Below are positions 1 through 64,000 of a stretch of DNA of 64,000 bases, in pieces. This DNA comes from Hormiphora californensis (lineage: Eukaryota > Animalia > Ctenophora), in contig CM035351.1 in assembly GCA_020137815.1 (NCBI GenBank), forward strand, positions 6,820,001 to 6,884,000, in the 5' to 3' direction. How positions within the stretch are numbered: position 1 is the stretch's first letter; each line of letters begins with the position of its first letter. The notes below the pieces were generated by a model. The model saw only the letters and a list, made by a program, of their open reading frames with translations. It was not told the DNA's origin and ran no database searches. Both the position numbers and the translations under genes were made by a program.

Positions 1-63668
<63,668 letters not shown>

Positions 63669-64000
63669 TGGGAAATGAGTTATTAGTGACGTGATTCCAG
63701 AATCTGCTGAGCTCGATTGACTGAATGGTCTTGTTATTTCTTTCTCTTGCACAACATAGCAATGTGCACAAGGTTCTTGAATCTTGACTCACTTTCTATT
63801 GTTTATACACTGTGAGCACTGAGCAGTCAGTGAGCAGTACACAGATATACATTATACACTGTACAAGCGTGGGAACTGCGCATACATGGCTGTGGGATTC
63901 AGTTTGCGCGTTACATAAAATCAGATGATGGAAGAGTTACACACACACGCGCACCACTGATAACGCACGTGCAGAATTTACACTCTGAGAATGAATTGTC

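Overview
This is eukaryotic animal genomic DNA with GT-AG spliced genes; it is probably a ctenophore. That assignment rests on my recollection that the MITE at 54541/55852 resembles a common Pleurobrachia repeat, and it was not searched. One giant multi-exon gene on the minus strand covers the whole window and probably runs off both ends. It encodes an extracellular MAM/LDLa mosaic protein. By hand I count about 44 MAM repeats, plus many LDLa, about 8 Ig, 3 kringle, 2 WSC, 2 P-type trefoil, 1 pentraxin, 1 mytilectin-like beta-trefoil, 1 F-type lectin, 1 LCCL, 2 SUEL lectin and 2 'RRLCxC' Cys-rich domains. The most striking pattern is that five MAM repeats carry a complete foreign domain inserted into the same loop, between the DHT/EHT motif and GxY(M/L)Y, a position that is an intron site in many other repeats. 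The introns host four antisense genes for surface or secreted proteins (GPCR, Shisa/WBP1-like, Ly6-like, H-lectin-like) and one same-strand orphan ORF. They also host an ORF1-only LINE derivative inside a hAT MITE, a structured 1.5-kb apparently non-coding retroposon, a long foldback element, several MITE families, X-box-like minisatellites and duplications spanning splice sites. Scattered +1 insertions in exons probably reflect consensus errors. All domain calls come from motif recognition, not database searches.
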